DNA of 48,029 nt from Candidatus Krumholzibacteriia bacterium (lineage in GTDB: Bacteria > Krumholzibacteriota > Krumholzibacteriia > LZORAL124-64-63): contig JAZBOO010000293.1 in the NCBI GenBank assembly GCA_036351155.1, forward strand, positions 1 to 48,029. The letters run 5' to 3'. Positions 1 to 10,135 of this stretch are shown one piece after another (position 1 is the first letter of the stretch; each line of letters starts with the position of its first letter). The position numbers and the translations under genes were made by a program. Below the pieces are notes generated by a model, which was not told the DNA's origin, did not search any database, and saw only the letters and a program-made list of their open reading frames with translations.

Positions 1-1618
<1,618 letters not shown>

Positions 1619-1684
1619 TCATGTGCCGAGCTGCGTCGGCAGATCTTTCAAATACGATGTTGAGCCGCCACAGGGCGGATAGAA

Positions 1685-1975
1685 CTAGCCCAGAATGGCC
1701 AGAACGTCACTTTCGCGCAGGATCAGGTAGTCGCTGCCTTCGACGTTGACCTCGGTGCCGGCATACTTGCCGTACAGGACGATATCGCCCTTCTTCACCT
1801 CGAGGGCCACACGGTCGCCCTTGTCACTCAGGGTACCGGGGCCAACAGCCACGATCTTGCCCTGCTGGGGCTTTTCCTTGGCGGTGTCGGGGATGATGAT
1901 CCCACCCTTCATGGTTTCCTTTTCCATGGGGGCCACGATCACGCGGTCGGCCAGGGGCTTGATTTTCAGAGCCAT
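1685..1975 (-). CDS. groES: Co-chaperonin GroES (Hsp10)
   Basis: 96 aa: IKPLADRV...[24 protein letters not shown]...YGKYAGTEV...[20 protein letters not shown]. Confidence 0.99.
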   Translation of the reverse strand: MALKIKPLADRVIVAPMEKETMKGGIIIPDTAKEKPQQGKIVAVGPGTLSDKGDRVALEVKKGDIVLYGKYAGTEVNVEGSDYLILRESDVLAILG

Positions 1976-2053
1976 GGTTCTTCCTCCTTCTCAACCATTT
2001 ACAACGATTGTCTTGCGGAAAACAAAGATTCCCTAATGGGAGGGCAACGGCCA

Positions 2054-2080
2054 TTAGCAGTCGTCGCCCTGGATTGCTAA
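2054..2080 (-). promoter_or_regulatory. CIRCE element (HrcA operator) upstream of groES
   Basis: TTAGCAGTC-N9-GATTGCTAA against the consensus TTAGCACTC-N9-GAGTGCTAA: one mismatch per arm, exact 9-nt spacer, located between the putative promoter and the groES start. Confidence 0.92.
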
Positions 2081-2089
2081 TCGTGTGGC

Positions 2090-2117
2090 AATATACGGGA
2101 GCGCGCGAGGGTGGCAA
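2090..2117 (-). promoter_or_regulatory. Putative sigma70-type promoter of groESL
   Basis: Minus strand TTGCCA-N16-TATATT immediately upstream of the CIRCE. Confidence 0.6.
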
Positions 2118-2209
2118 GTGATATATAGATAGAAGCTGCAAAAAAACAGTTAGGCCTGCCAGGACTGCCATTTTGGCAGTACTGGCGAAAAACAGCAGAT
2201 AAAAGGGGG

Positions 2210-2863
2210 TCAGTCTCCCTGGGCGGAGGAGTCTCCGGCTGTCACCTCGAAGGTCTTTTCCCCCAGGAAACGTCGGTCCAGGTAAACCCGCAAAGCATAC
2301 TGCCCGGGGTCTCGTGCACGCTTGTTGCTGATGTTCAGACGCGTCTGAAGCTGGAATTCCGCACCTTCGGCCGCCACCGTGTCCCGCTTGACCTTGTGGA
2401 GCTTTTCGGCGTCCAGCCAGGTCACCAGGGTTTGCCGCTCTCCATTTTCGGAAATGGTGGGCACGACTTCCACATACTTGCGGAACACATCCTTGCCGTC
2501 GGGCCGCACCCAGACCAGGTGGATCACGTAGGTGCGGTCCTCCTTCACCCCCCGGAAATCCACCAGGGCGTTGACGTAACTGCGGGCCGCCGGATGAAAG
2601 ACAACATCTTCACCGATGGGTCGGCCACTCCTCTTGCTGACCTTGCGGCAGAGAGTGATTTCCGCAGAAAAACCGGCCATTGATGGACTTTCCTGTGCGG
2701 AACTGTCCAGGACCAGGCTCCCCTCTCGGGGTTGGCCCGAAACCAGGGCCATTTCGCGGGCCTCGTCGCTGCTGCATCCTGTCACCAGCCACAGGGCCGA
2801 CAACAGGAGCAGCAGAAAAGCATGGGATTGGCGGGGCAATGCGTATCCTTTCGAGCGCGGCAC
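2210..2863 (-). CDS. Hypothetical lipoprotein with Ig-like beta-sandwich (possibly DUF2914-like)
   Basis: Hydrophobic stretch ending in lipobox LVTG-C; beta-rich domain ending PGQYALRVYLDRRFLGEKTFEV; 30 nt downstream of the C25 gene on the same strand. Confidence 0.7.
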   Translation of the reverse strand: MPRSKGYALPRQSHAFLLLLLSALWLVTGCSSDEAREMALVSGQPREGSLVLDSSAQESPSMAGFSAEITLCRKVSKRSGRPIGEDVVFHPAARSYVNALVDFRGVKEDRTYVIHLVWVRPDGKDVFRKYVEVVPTISENGERQTLVTWLDAEKLHKVKRDTVAAEGAEFQLQTRLNISNKRARDPGQYALRVYLDRRFLGEKTFEVTAGDSSAQGD

Positions 2864-2893
2864 GGTGGCCGCGCCCCCGAAGAATCAAACGAA

Positions 2894-5800
2894 TTACTTG
2901 ACCAGGGTCATCTTGCGCGTCAGGACACCACTATCGGTGGTCAACCGGTAGAAGTACAGTCCGGAAGCCACCCGCCCGCCCCGATCATCCTGACCGGACC
3001 AGATCTGGGTGTGGGTCCCGGCATCCTGCCGGCCGTTGACCAGGGTTTTCACCAGGCGTCCCTCCACGTTGTAGATCTTCAGCTCCACCTTCTGGGCACT
3101 GGGCAGGCTGAACTTGATCTCGGTCCGCGGGTTGAACGGGTTGGGCGCGTTCTGGGCCAGGGACAGGCGGTTGACCGGGAGGTCGCCCACCGGAGTCTGG
3201 CTGTCGATGGTGAAATCGGCGCCCGACATGCTCTCGGAGCTGTGGCCCGCTGCGTCGATGGCCACCACCTTGAGGCGGCAATTGGCCGCATACCCCATGG
3301 GCACGGTCCAGGCAAAGGTCTGGTTGAAGGGACCACTGGCGACCACCTCATCGAAAGTGGCGCCGGAATCGCGGCTCAGGCGGATTTCCACGTTCACCAC
3401 ACCGATGTCATCGCTGTGGGTCCAGGTGATGGGCTGGGTGGTGCCGTTCAGCACGTTCTGCCCTCCGGTGAAGCTGGTCAGGGCAATGTCGGGGCCCGCC
3501 GTGTCACCGGGCAGATTGTAGCCCATGAGCACGAAGTCATCCACGCCGGCCTCGATCACACTGCCGTAGCCCGCATCATCGGCCAGGAAGCGGAACATCA
3601 CCTGACTGCCGAGGGTGATGAAATCCTCCACCAGGAACGACTGGGCCACCCAGCTGCGTTCGCTGGTGTTGGTCTGCTCCAGGTTGACCCAGTTGCCGTC
3701 GCCGCCGGAGACCTGGACCCGCCAGAAATCGGATCCGGGATTCTGCCCGGTGTCGTTGGTGTACCAACGATGATAGCTCACCTGAAGTCCGCTGATGCCC
3801 GCCACGTTGAACGACGGAGTTTCCAGGGTGGTCAGTCCCCCGTCCACATCGTTGGCGCCCTGGTTGCTGCCGACGGGATCGTTGCCGGTGATCCAGCAAT
3901 GGGTGCCGGCGACGGTGTGATCATCTTCCGGAGAAACTTCCACACTGTTGTCGAACACTCCGTTGGGATCCACGCGCTCCCAGATCCCTGTGGTGGCCGT
4001 ATCGGTGCCCAGGCCACCGATCCAGCCACTGTCGGTTTCCATGTCGGTGGCGTAGATCTCAGAAACCGCGGTGACCACGAAGGAATGCACGGTCGCCGGA
4101 GCATTGGCCGGTTCGGTACTGGTGAAGCCCAGCACATCGGCCCCTGTCAGCCAGTACTGGACACGGGTGTCCAGGGGTTGACCGGGAATGGCCGCCGCCA
4201 GGGTCCCACCCGGATGGAGAGTCAGCGGCAGTTCGAAAGGACCACCGGTGGCGGATGACGTGTAGTAGAAATGGACCTCGTCCAGTCCCGAGAAATCTCC
4301 GACTTCGACTTCCACCACATAAGGTCCGGCGGTATCCTCGCTGTTGCCCGGCATGTCCACCATGGTGAAATGAGGGCCGGCGATGTCGGTCAACGAGAAG
4401 TCCACCGTCAGTTCCAGGTCCTCCATGATGACCACGGCATAGGTGGTGTCCGGAGCAAAGGACGGGTGGCTCACGGCCACATCGTAGGTGCCCACGGGCA
4501 CGCCGCCCTGGTAGCCGCCGTCGGCCGCGGTGGAGAAGATCCGGCTGGAGCCCACGATGGACACGGTGGCCCCATCGATGGGCTGACCGCCGGCCGAAGC
4601 GTTGGTCACCTCGCCCTTGATCTGACCCTGGGCCTGCGCCAGGACCGTCCGGTAGGCAATGGCCCGACCGGATTCCAGAGGCGCTCCGCCGCCGGGATAC
4701 TCGTTCCAGTAAGTGTACAGCACACCATCATCGCGGTCTTCATTCTGGATGCCCGCGGTGGCATACCCGTTCTCCCAGTCACTCTGGTTGACGGTGTGGT
4801 ACTGGGCCACGATCAGACCATCGCCCGTATCGCCGGCCTCGTACGCCGGGTCGTAGAGCATGACCTGGAAGGTCTCGGTGACGTTGTTGTAGTAGTTGCG
4901 CACCCGGCTCCACTCCACGATGAAGCGGTGATTGGCCACATCATGCCAGTAGTAGACACCGCCGGTGCCGCTGACCTGGTACAGGTCGTCCCAGAACACG
5001 GCGATCATGTTGTCCGGCCCGCCGGGGCTGGGAATGGTCCAGTTGCGGTAGTGGCGCAGATAGGTTTGCCCCATGGCAATCCACCCGTTGGAGCAAATGC
5101 TGATCTCGTCGAAATTCTGCCCGTAGTAATCAAATGAGAAGGGCAGGCTGATGGTCCGGGTGTCGTCGTCGTAGCGGTCGTAATCAGTCAAACCCAGGAA
5201 GGTTCCGGCACCGCCCAGACCCGGATCGATCTCCACCCAGTCGTACACCGGGGCCCCAATATAGCCCACATCGGTGTTGTCGATGGCGTAGTAGCCGTAA
5301 TGGTCCGGACCCACCGGATCGGTGGAGCTGGCCTGTCCCACGGGCAGAGAAAATTCGACCAGGGCGGTCCCGCCCTCGGCGAACACCAGGTCCAGGCTGA
5401 AGCTGGCCAGGTGGCCGGGGTAACAGTCGCCGGTCACCGACACGGTGAACGGATCGGCGTTGTTGTCCCCGCTGGCACCCACGGCGATTCCGCCGAAGGT
5501 CCCATCAGGATCGGAAACGTCCACCCACTGGCTGTGACTCGTCAGGACACCGGTCACACCCGTGGTCGGCAGATTGCCGGCATTGTTCAGCACCAGGCGA
5601 AGGTTGTCGCTCTGTCCAGGGTCCAGAAGGCCGTCACCCTCGACACTCACCGAAACCACCTCGGCCGCAGGGCCATGAATGGTCATCGGCAAGGAGGCGA
5701 CAAAGGTCTCTCCACCCGTCAGGATGGTCAACTCGACCTGGGCCTCGGTGCCTCCCACGGCTGCGGGATCCACCGACAGAGTGAGACTCTGGTTGCCCCA

Positions 5801-8062
5801 GGCGCTGGCGCCCACATTCAGGAAACCGAATCCGGCCTGCCCATTGACCACGGTCACCGAGGGATCATGAATCGCCGTCGCCGTGGCCTGCACATCAGCA
5901 GCTCCGCCGGTCCCGGCGTTGACCAGCTGCAGGTCAATGTCCACGGTCTCCCCGGGAGAGGCCAGACCGTCCCCGTTGCCCAGGCTGTTGCCCGTGCCGT
6001 CATCAATCAAGATCTGGTCCTGGTAGTTCACGGCCAGGGCCAGGTCGCCCACGTTCACGCCGCCCAGGTGCGGATACAGATTGTTGCCGGTCACGGTGAC
6101 CAGCATCTCGCCGTCGATCAATCCTTCCAGGGGCATCAGCACGCGGCCGTCCTGTCCGGTCACGGCGTTCTTCTGGATCACGTCTTTCATGTAGATGGCC
6201 ACGCGGGCCCCGGCCACGGGCTGCCCCATCTGGTCCAGCACCGTCACGGGCAAGACATTGGCACCTGCAGTCACACTGGCCGGGTAATCCACGGTCAAGG
6301 GCTCGGGATAGGCGGTCCAGATGGGCGTCGCCGGATCACCCATCAGGTTGTTCCAGGTGGACCAGATGGTCACCGTGCTGGGCTCGGCGCCGAAGTAGTT
6401 GCGATACATGTCCAGCTTGCCGCGGGTCAAACCGGGGCCCACGCGGGGATCGCCCGAGTTGAGCACGCCCTCGGCCACGCCCTGGAACATGCAGTTGTTG
6501 TACCGGGTGTGGGTCCCGGTGGTGGCTGTGCCGATCGAGGCCACACCACCGCCGTTGGGGGCACGCAAGAAAGCCTCGGAGCGGCAGGTGGTATCACTCC
6601 AGAAGGAGCCGGTGTCACAGGTGAGCACCAGTGCAAAGGGCAGTTCCGGCCCGTTGGACAGGCTGGCTATGTGCCCCGTGTTCATGCCGCTCATGTTCCA
6701 GTAACCGCGGTAGGTGAAGATGGACAGACCCTGATTGATCTTGCTCATCATCTCCACGGTGAAATTACCGCCCCAGATGGTGTCGATCTGGGTATAGTTG
6801 AGCTCTTCCAGCTGCTCCTTGACCCACTGATTGACCCAGATGGTGGAGTAGCCGGAGCTGCTGGGGTCGCCGGTCAGGGCGGCGCGGGTGAACCAGCCGT
6901 CGTCGATGCCCACCGAGGGAGTCATCTCGTAGTTGACGATCTTGTCCACGACCGTTTCCAGCTCGCTCACGCTGGTCACCGAAAGGCGTCCCAGGTGGAT
7001 GTCGGCCAGCACGTCGTTGCCTTCCAGGCGGGTGTATTCGTGGTCCCCTTCCCCGCTGTAGCTGGACTGGTTCTCGCGCCAGGAGGCCAGGGTGAGGCTC
7101 CCGGTGGCGTCTCCCACCAGGGTGACAAATTCCAGGGGAATTTCCAGGTTGTCGTACTGATTCTGGATGTAGTTCTTGATGGCCGAGTTGCTGGTTCCGG
7201 TCACGCTGGTCGAGACCATGATCACATTGTAGCCCTGGCGGGTGCGCCAATCGGCCAGGGGGGTGATGGCCGTCTGCACACCGGAGACGGACGGGTAGAT
7301 CATCAGCCAGGTGCCCAGAGTCCCTTCATCGAAGGCGCTCTTGTCGGAACCCAGGACTTCGTTGTTGAAAAAGGAGAGAAAAGACTCGGGCACGGGGCGC
7401 CCAGCCTTTTCGGCATTGTTGCCGTCGGCCGAGGGGACAAAACGCAGTTCGGCGGTCATGCGCTGGGCGGCGGTCACGACACCGCTGCCCGGGGTCCACT
7501 GGACGGGGTGAAAGGCCACCGAGACCACACGCTGGCCGCGGATCAGACCGGGCTGGCCGATGGTGACGCGCAGTCCGGAATCGGCTGCCAGGGCCTTGCG
7601 GCCGTCATAGTAGGCGCGGTCCAGGACGATCGACTCATCGGTCCGGGCCTTCAGTCCCTGGGCCGGCTCGGGACGGAAACTGCCGTCGAGAATGGTGGTC
7701 TGGTTGGCCAGGTCCACCACTTCCAGGGTCATCCCATTGGGTATGGCCACAAACCGGGAAACCACCGGCAGAGCAGGCTGCCCGGTGGTGCCGGCCATGG
7801 CCGCACCGGGGAGAGTCAGAGACTGATAGTCCTGACCACCGAGGCGTGTGTCCTTCACTTCCAGAACCGGCACCTCCAGCTCCAGGATCATCCCGGCGCT
7901 GTCGGCATCTTTCTGACGCACCAGGGGTTCTTGCCCCTGGGGCAACAGGCGGACCGGTGGCTGTTCTGGACCGGTGCTTTGAGCCAAAGCCACGGTGCAG
8001 GACAGCAACACGAGCAGGATCATGGTGACCAGATAGGTGGAACCCCGGCGCCAGAACATCAT
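2894..8062 (-). CDS. Large secreted gingipain-like C25 family protein (propeptide, C25 core, Ig-like repeats, nidogen-like domain, carboxypeptidase-regulatory-like domain, C-terminal FlgD-Ig/T9SS-like domain)
   Basis: Signal peptide; propeptide motif GQPALPVVSRFVAIP; core motifs IKNYIQNQY, LVGD, DIHLGRLSV, KIVNYE, LTCDTGSF, EAFLRA, NLMGDP; C-terminus NAPNPFNPRTEIKFSL...GLYFYRL...KMTLVK. Start moved from 8155 to ATG 8062 (GGAGG RBS); 8059 is also possible. Confidence 0.88.
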   Translation of the reverse strand: MMFWRRGSTYLVTMILLVLLSCTVALAQSTGPEQPPVRLLPQGQEPLVRQKDADSAGMILELEVPVLEVKDTRLGGQDYQSLTLPGAAMAGTTGQPALPVVSRFVAIPNGMTLEVVDLANQTTILDGSFRPEPAQGLKARTDESIVLDRAYYDGRKALAADSGLRVTIGQPGLIRGQRVVSVAFHPVQWTPGSGVVTAAQRMTAELRFVPSADGNNAEKAGRPVPESFLSFFNNEVLGSDKSAFDEGTLGTWLMIYPSVSGVQTAITPLADWRTRQGYNVIMVSTSVTGTSNSAIKNYIQNQYDNLEIPLEFVTLVGDATGSLTLASWRENQSSYSGEGDHEYTRLEGNDVLADIHLGRLSVTSVSELETVVDKIVNYEMTPSVGIDDGWFTRAALTGDPSSSGYSTIWVNQWVKEQLEELNYTQIDTIWGGNFTVEMMSKINQGLSIFTYRGYWNMSGMNTGHIASLSNGPELPFALVLTCDTGSFWSDTTCRSEAFLRAPNGGGVASIGTATTGTHTRYNNCMFQGVAEGVLNSGDPRVGPGLTRGKLDMYRNYFGAEPSTVTIWSTWNNLMGDPATPIWTAYPEPLTVDYPASVTAGANVLPVTVLDQMGQPVAGARVAIYMKDVIQKNAVTGQDGRVLMPLEGLIDGEMLVTVTGNNLYPHLGGVNVGDLALAVNYQDQILIDDGTGNSLGNGDGLASPGETVDIDLQLVNAGTGGAADVQATATAIHDPSVTVVNGQAGFGFLNVGASAWGNQSLTLSVDPAAVGGTEAQVELTILTGGETFVASLPMTIHGPAAEVVSVSVEGDGLLDPGQSDNLRLVLNNAGNLPTTGVTGVLTSHSQWVDVSDPDGTFGGIAVGASGDNNADPFTVSVTGDCYPGHLASFSLDLVFAEGGTALVEFSLPVGQASSTDPVGPDHYGYYAIDNTDVGYIGAPVYDWVEIDPGLGGAGTFLGLTDYDRYDDDTRTISLPFSFDYYGQNFDEISICSNGWIAMGQTYLRHYRNWTIPSPGGPDNMIAVFWDDLYQVSGTGGVYYWHDVANHRFIVEWSRVRNYYNNVTETFQVMLYDPAYEAGDTGDGLIVAQYHTVNQSDWENGYATAGIQNEDRDDGVLYTYWNEYPGGGAPLESGRAIAYRTVLAQAQGQIKGEVTNASAGGQPIDGATVSIVGSSRIFSTAADGGYQGGVPVGTYDVAVSHPSFAPDTTYAVVIMEDLELTVDFSLTDIAGPHFTMVDMPGNSEDTAGPYVVEVEVGDFSGLDEVHFYYTSSATGGPFELPLTLHPGGTLAAAIPGQPLDTRVQYWLTGADVLGFTSTEPANAPATVHSFVVTAVSEIYATDMETDSGWIGGLGTDTATTGIWERVDPNGVFDNSVEVSPEDDHTVAGTHCWITGNDPVGSNQGANDVDGGLTTLETPSFNVAGISGLQVSYHRWYTNDTGQNPGSDFWRVQVSGGDGNWVNLEQTNTSERSWVAQSFLVEDFITLGSQVMFRFLADDAGYGSVIEAGVDDFVLMGYNLPGDTAGPDIALTSFTGGQNVLNGTTQPITWTHSDDIGVVNVEIRLSRDSGATFDEVVASGPFNQTFAWTVPMGYAANCRLKVVAIDAAGHSSESMSGADFTIDSQTPVGDLPVNRLSLAQNAPNPFNPRTEIKFSLPSAQKVELKIYNVEGRLVKTLVNGRQDAGTHTQIWSGQDDRGGRVASGLYFYRLTTDSGVLTRKMTLVK

Positions 8063-8488
8063 GCAAGCCTCCATCCAGCAGGAAGAACTCCTGCCGGGTT
8101 GAGTTTCAACGGGTGCGGATTCGGGCGAAACCGACACGAAAAAACGGTTTTCCAAATGCTGGACACCTCACAAGCCAACTCGGCCAGGCACCCACCTTCG
8201 GACACAATACGCGCGACTTTTTAACTAATCGCTGACTGATTATATCAGATGACCTATACAATGGGGCGGCCTTTATCTTCACATTTCCGTGACACCTTCT
8301 GCTTTTTGCGGCCATAAAACCCTTATTCATACGGCTTTGTCACGAAAACGTTAGGATTTACCTGTAGAAAGCGGTCATGCCTTTTCGTTATACTCCTGAA
8401 CGGAACCGACCCCTGGATTGGGGGGAATTGCGGAGGCGCTTGAGATACCCAGTGGTGGCTGAGGCGGCCGCTTTTGAAAGGAAACATC

Positions 8489-10135
8489 ATGAAACGACTC
8501 CTCACCGTCCTGGTTTTCGCCTTGTTCTTGATTCCGGGAGGCTCCGCGCTGGCCGCCGACCTCCTGGTCCCGGCGCAATATACCACCATCCAGGCGGCCA
8601 TCGACGCCGCCCAGGTCGGGGACACCGTCCTGGTCTCCCCCGGCACCTACACGGACTGCACGCACCCCACCGAGGGTCCCGAATCCACCAACGCCTGCGT
8701 CATCATGAAGACCGGGGTGACATTGCGGGGTGACGGCCTGGCCACAGAGGTCATCATCGATGCCCAGTCCCTCGGTCGCGGCATCTTCATCGAGAACGTC
8801 AGCGATTGCGCCGTGGAGAACCTGACGGTGACCGGCGCCTATGCCGACATCTACGGGGCCGCCATCCTGGTGCGGCAGGTGGACAATACGGTGGAAATTT
8901 CCGATGTCCGGGTGGATCAGAACCTCGACGGGGGCCTCATCTGCATCAATGGGGCCAACCCGGTCATCACCGGCTGTATCATGTCCAACAACGTGGCCAA
9001 GCAGGGCGGCGGCCTGGCCATCGAAGAGAACAGCAGTCCCCTGGTCTCCGGTTGCCGGGTCACCGGAAACGAGGCCCCCTCGGGCGCCGGGATCTTCATC
9101 CGCAGCGGTTGCTCGCCCACCATCACCGAGACCACGGTCGACAACAACACCATCACCGCCGCTTACGGTAACGGCGGCGGCATCTGTGTACAGGACGCCA
9201 CACCCACGATCTCCTTCTGTACCATCCAGGCCAACGTCACCCTGGGCTACGGCGGCGGCGTGGCCTTTGTTTCCGGCGGCGGCGGTCTGATGAATGATTG
9301 CCTGGTCAACGGCAACGATGCCGCGGGCACCTACAGCCTGGGCGGCGGAGTGGCCACCAGCCAGAGCGCCCCCACGCTCCGCAACCTCACCATCACGAAC
9401 AATACCGCCACCGGATTCTTTGCCGAAGGTGGCGGCCTGGATATTTCCTTCACCCCCGCCTCCCTGGTCGAGGGTTGCACCATTGCCGACAACACGGGGA
9501 GCCCCAGTGGCCTGGCCGGAGGCGTCTCAGTGCAGTTCGGAGCGGACCCCGTCATCGACCGGTGCATCATTGCCGGATCGATCACCGGGCAGGGCCTGCT
9601 CTGCATGGGCGCCACTCCCGTGGTCAGCTGCACCAACATCTGGAACAACGCCGGGGGCGACGACCTGTGCGGCACCGACAACGGCGGCAATTTCTCGGCC
9701 GACCCCCTGTTCTGCGGCTCCGTCGAGCGCCCCTACAACCTGCAGGAGGGCAGTCCTTGTGCTCCCGGCAACCACCCGGACAGCCTCTGTGACGACCAGC
9801 TGATCGGATCCCTGAGTGCCGGTTGTGGCCCCAGCCCCGCTCCCCTGCCCCGGCCAGCCACCCTGGTGCTGGGCAATCAGCCCAACCCGTTCAACCCCCG
9901 CACCACCATTTACTTTAGCCTGTCCCAGGCAGGTCCGGCTCAGTTGAGGATCTTCGATCTGGCCGGCCGTCTGGTCACCACCCAGTCCTGGTCTGACCTG
10001 CCCGCCGATCAGCGGATCGAATTCCAGTGGAACGGTCAGGATCAACATGGACGTCAGGTCACCAGTGGTGTTTACTTCTATCGCCTTGACTCCCGCCAGC
10101 ACTCCATCAGTAAAAGGATGAGTTTGATACGATGA
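8489..10135 (+). CDS. Secreted right-handed beta-helix (Pmp-like GG[IL] repeats) protein with C-terminal FlgD-Ig/T9SS-like domain
   Basis: Signal peptide; VPAQYTTIQAAID...GDTVLVSPGTY; repeated N.A..GGG[ILV] coils; DPLFC...YNLQEGSPC; NQPNPFNPRTTIYFSL...GVYFYRL. Start at ATG 8489 after AAAGGA. Confidence 0.85.
   Translation: MKRLLTVLVFALFLIPGGSALAADLLVPAQYTTIQAAIDAAQVGDTVLVSPGTYTDCTHPTEGPESTNACVIMKTGVTLRGDGLATEVIIDAQSLGRGIFIENVSDCAVENLTVTGAYADIYGAAILVRQVDNTVEISDVRVDQNLDGGLICINGANPVITGCIMSNNVAKQGGGLAIEENSSPLVSGCRVTGNEAPSGAGIFIRSGCSPTITETTVDNNTITAAYGNGGGICVQDATPTISFCTIQANVTLGYGGGVAFVSGGGGLMNDCLVNGNDAAGTYSLGGGVATSQSAPTLRNLTITNNTATGFFAEGGGLDISFTPASLVEGCTIADNTGSPSGLAGGVSVQFGADPVIDRCIIAGSITGQGLLCMGATPVVSCTNIWNNAGGDDLCGTDNGGNFSADPLFCGSVERPYNLQEGSPCAPGNHPDSLCDDQLIGSLSAGCGPSPAPLPRPATLVLGNQPNPFNPRTTIYFSLSQAGPAQLRIFDLAGRLVTTQSWSDLPADQRIEFQWNGQDQHGRQVTSGVYFYRLDSRQHSISKRMSLIR

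Noticed and set aside
5300..8224. 974-aa plus-strand ORF and other very long antisense ORFs (2732-4258, 12865-15168, 19488-21689, 24554-26764, 27509-29488, 32093-34084, 36744-38861)
   Set aside because: Each mirrors a well-supported gene on the opposite strand, has the His/Gly/Val/Gln-rich composition typical of shadow frames, and shows no recognisable motifs.
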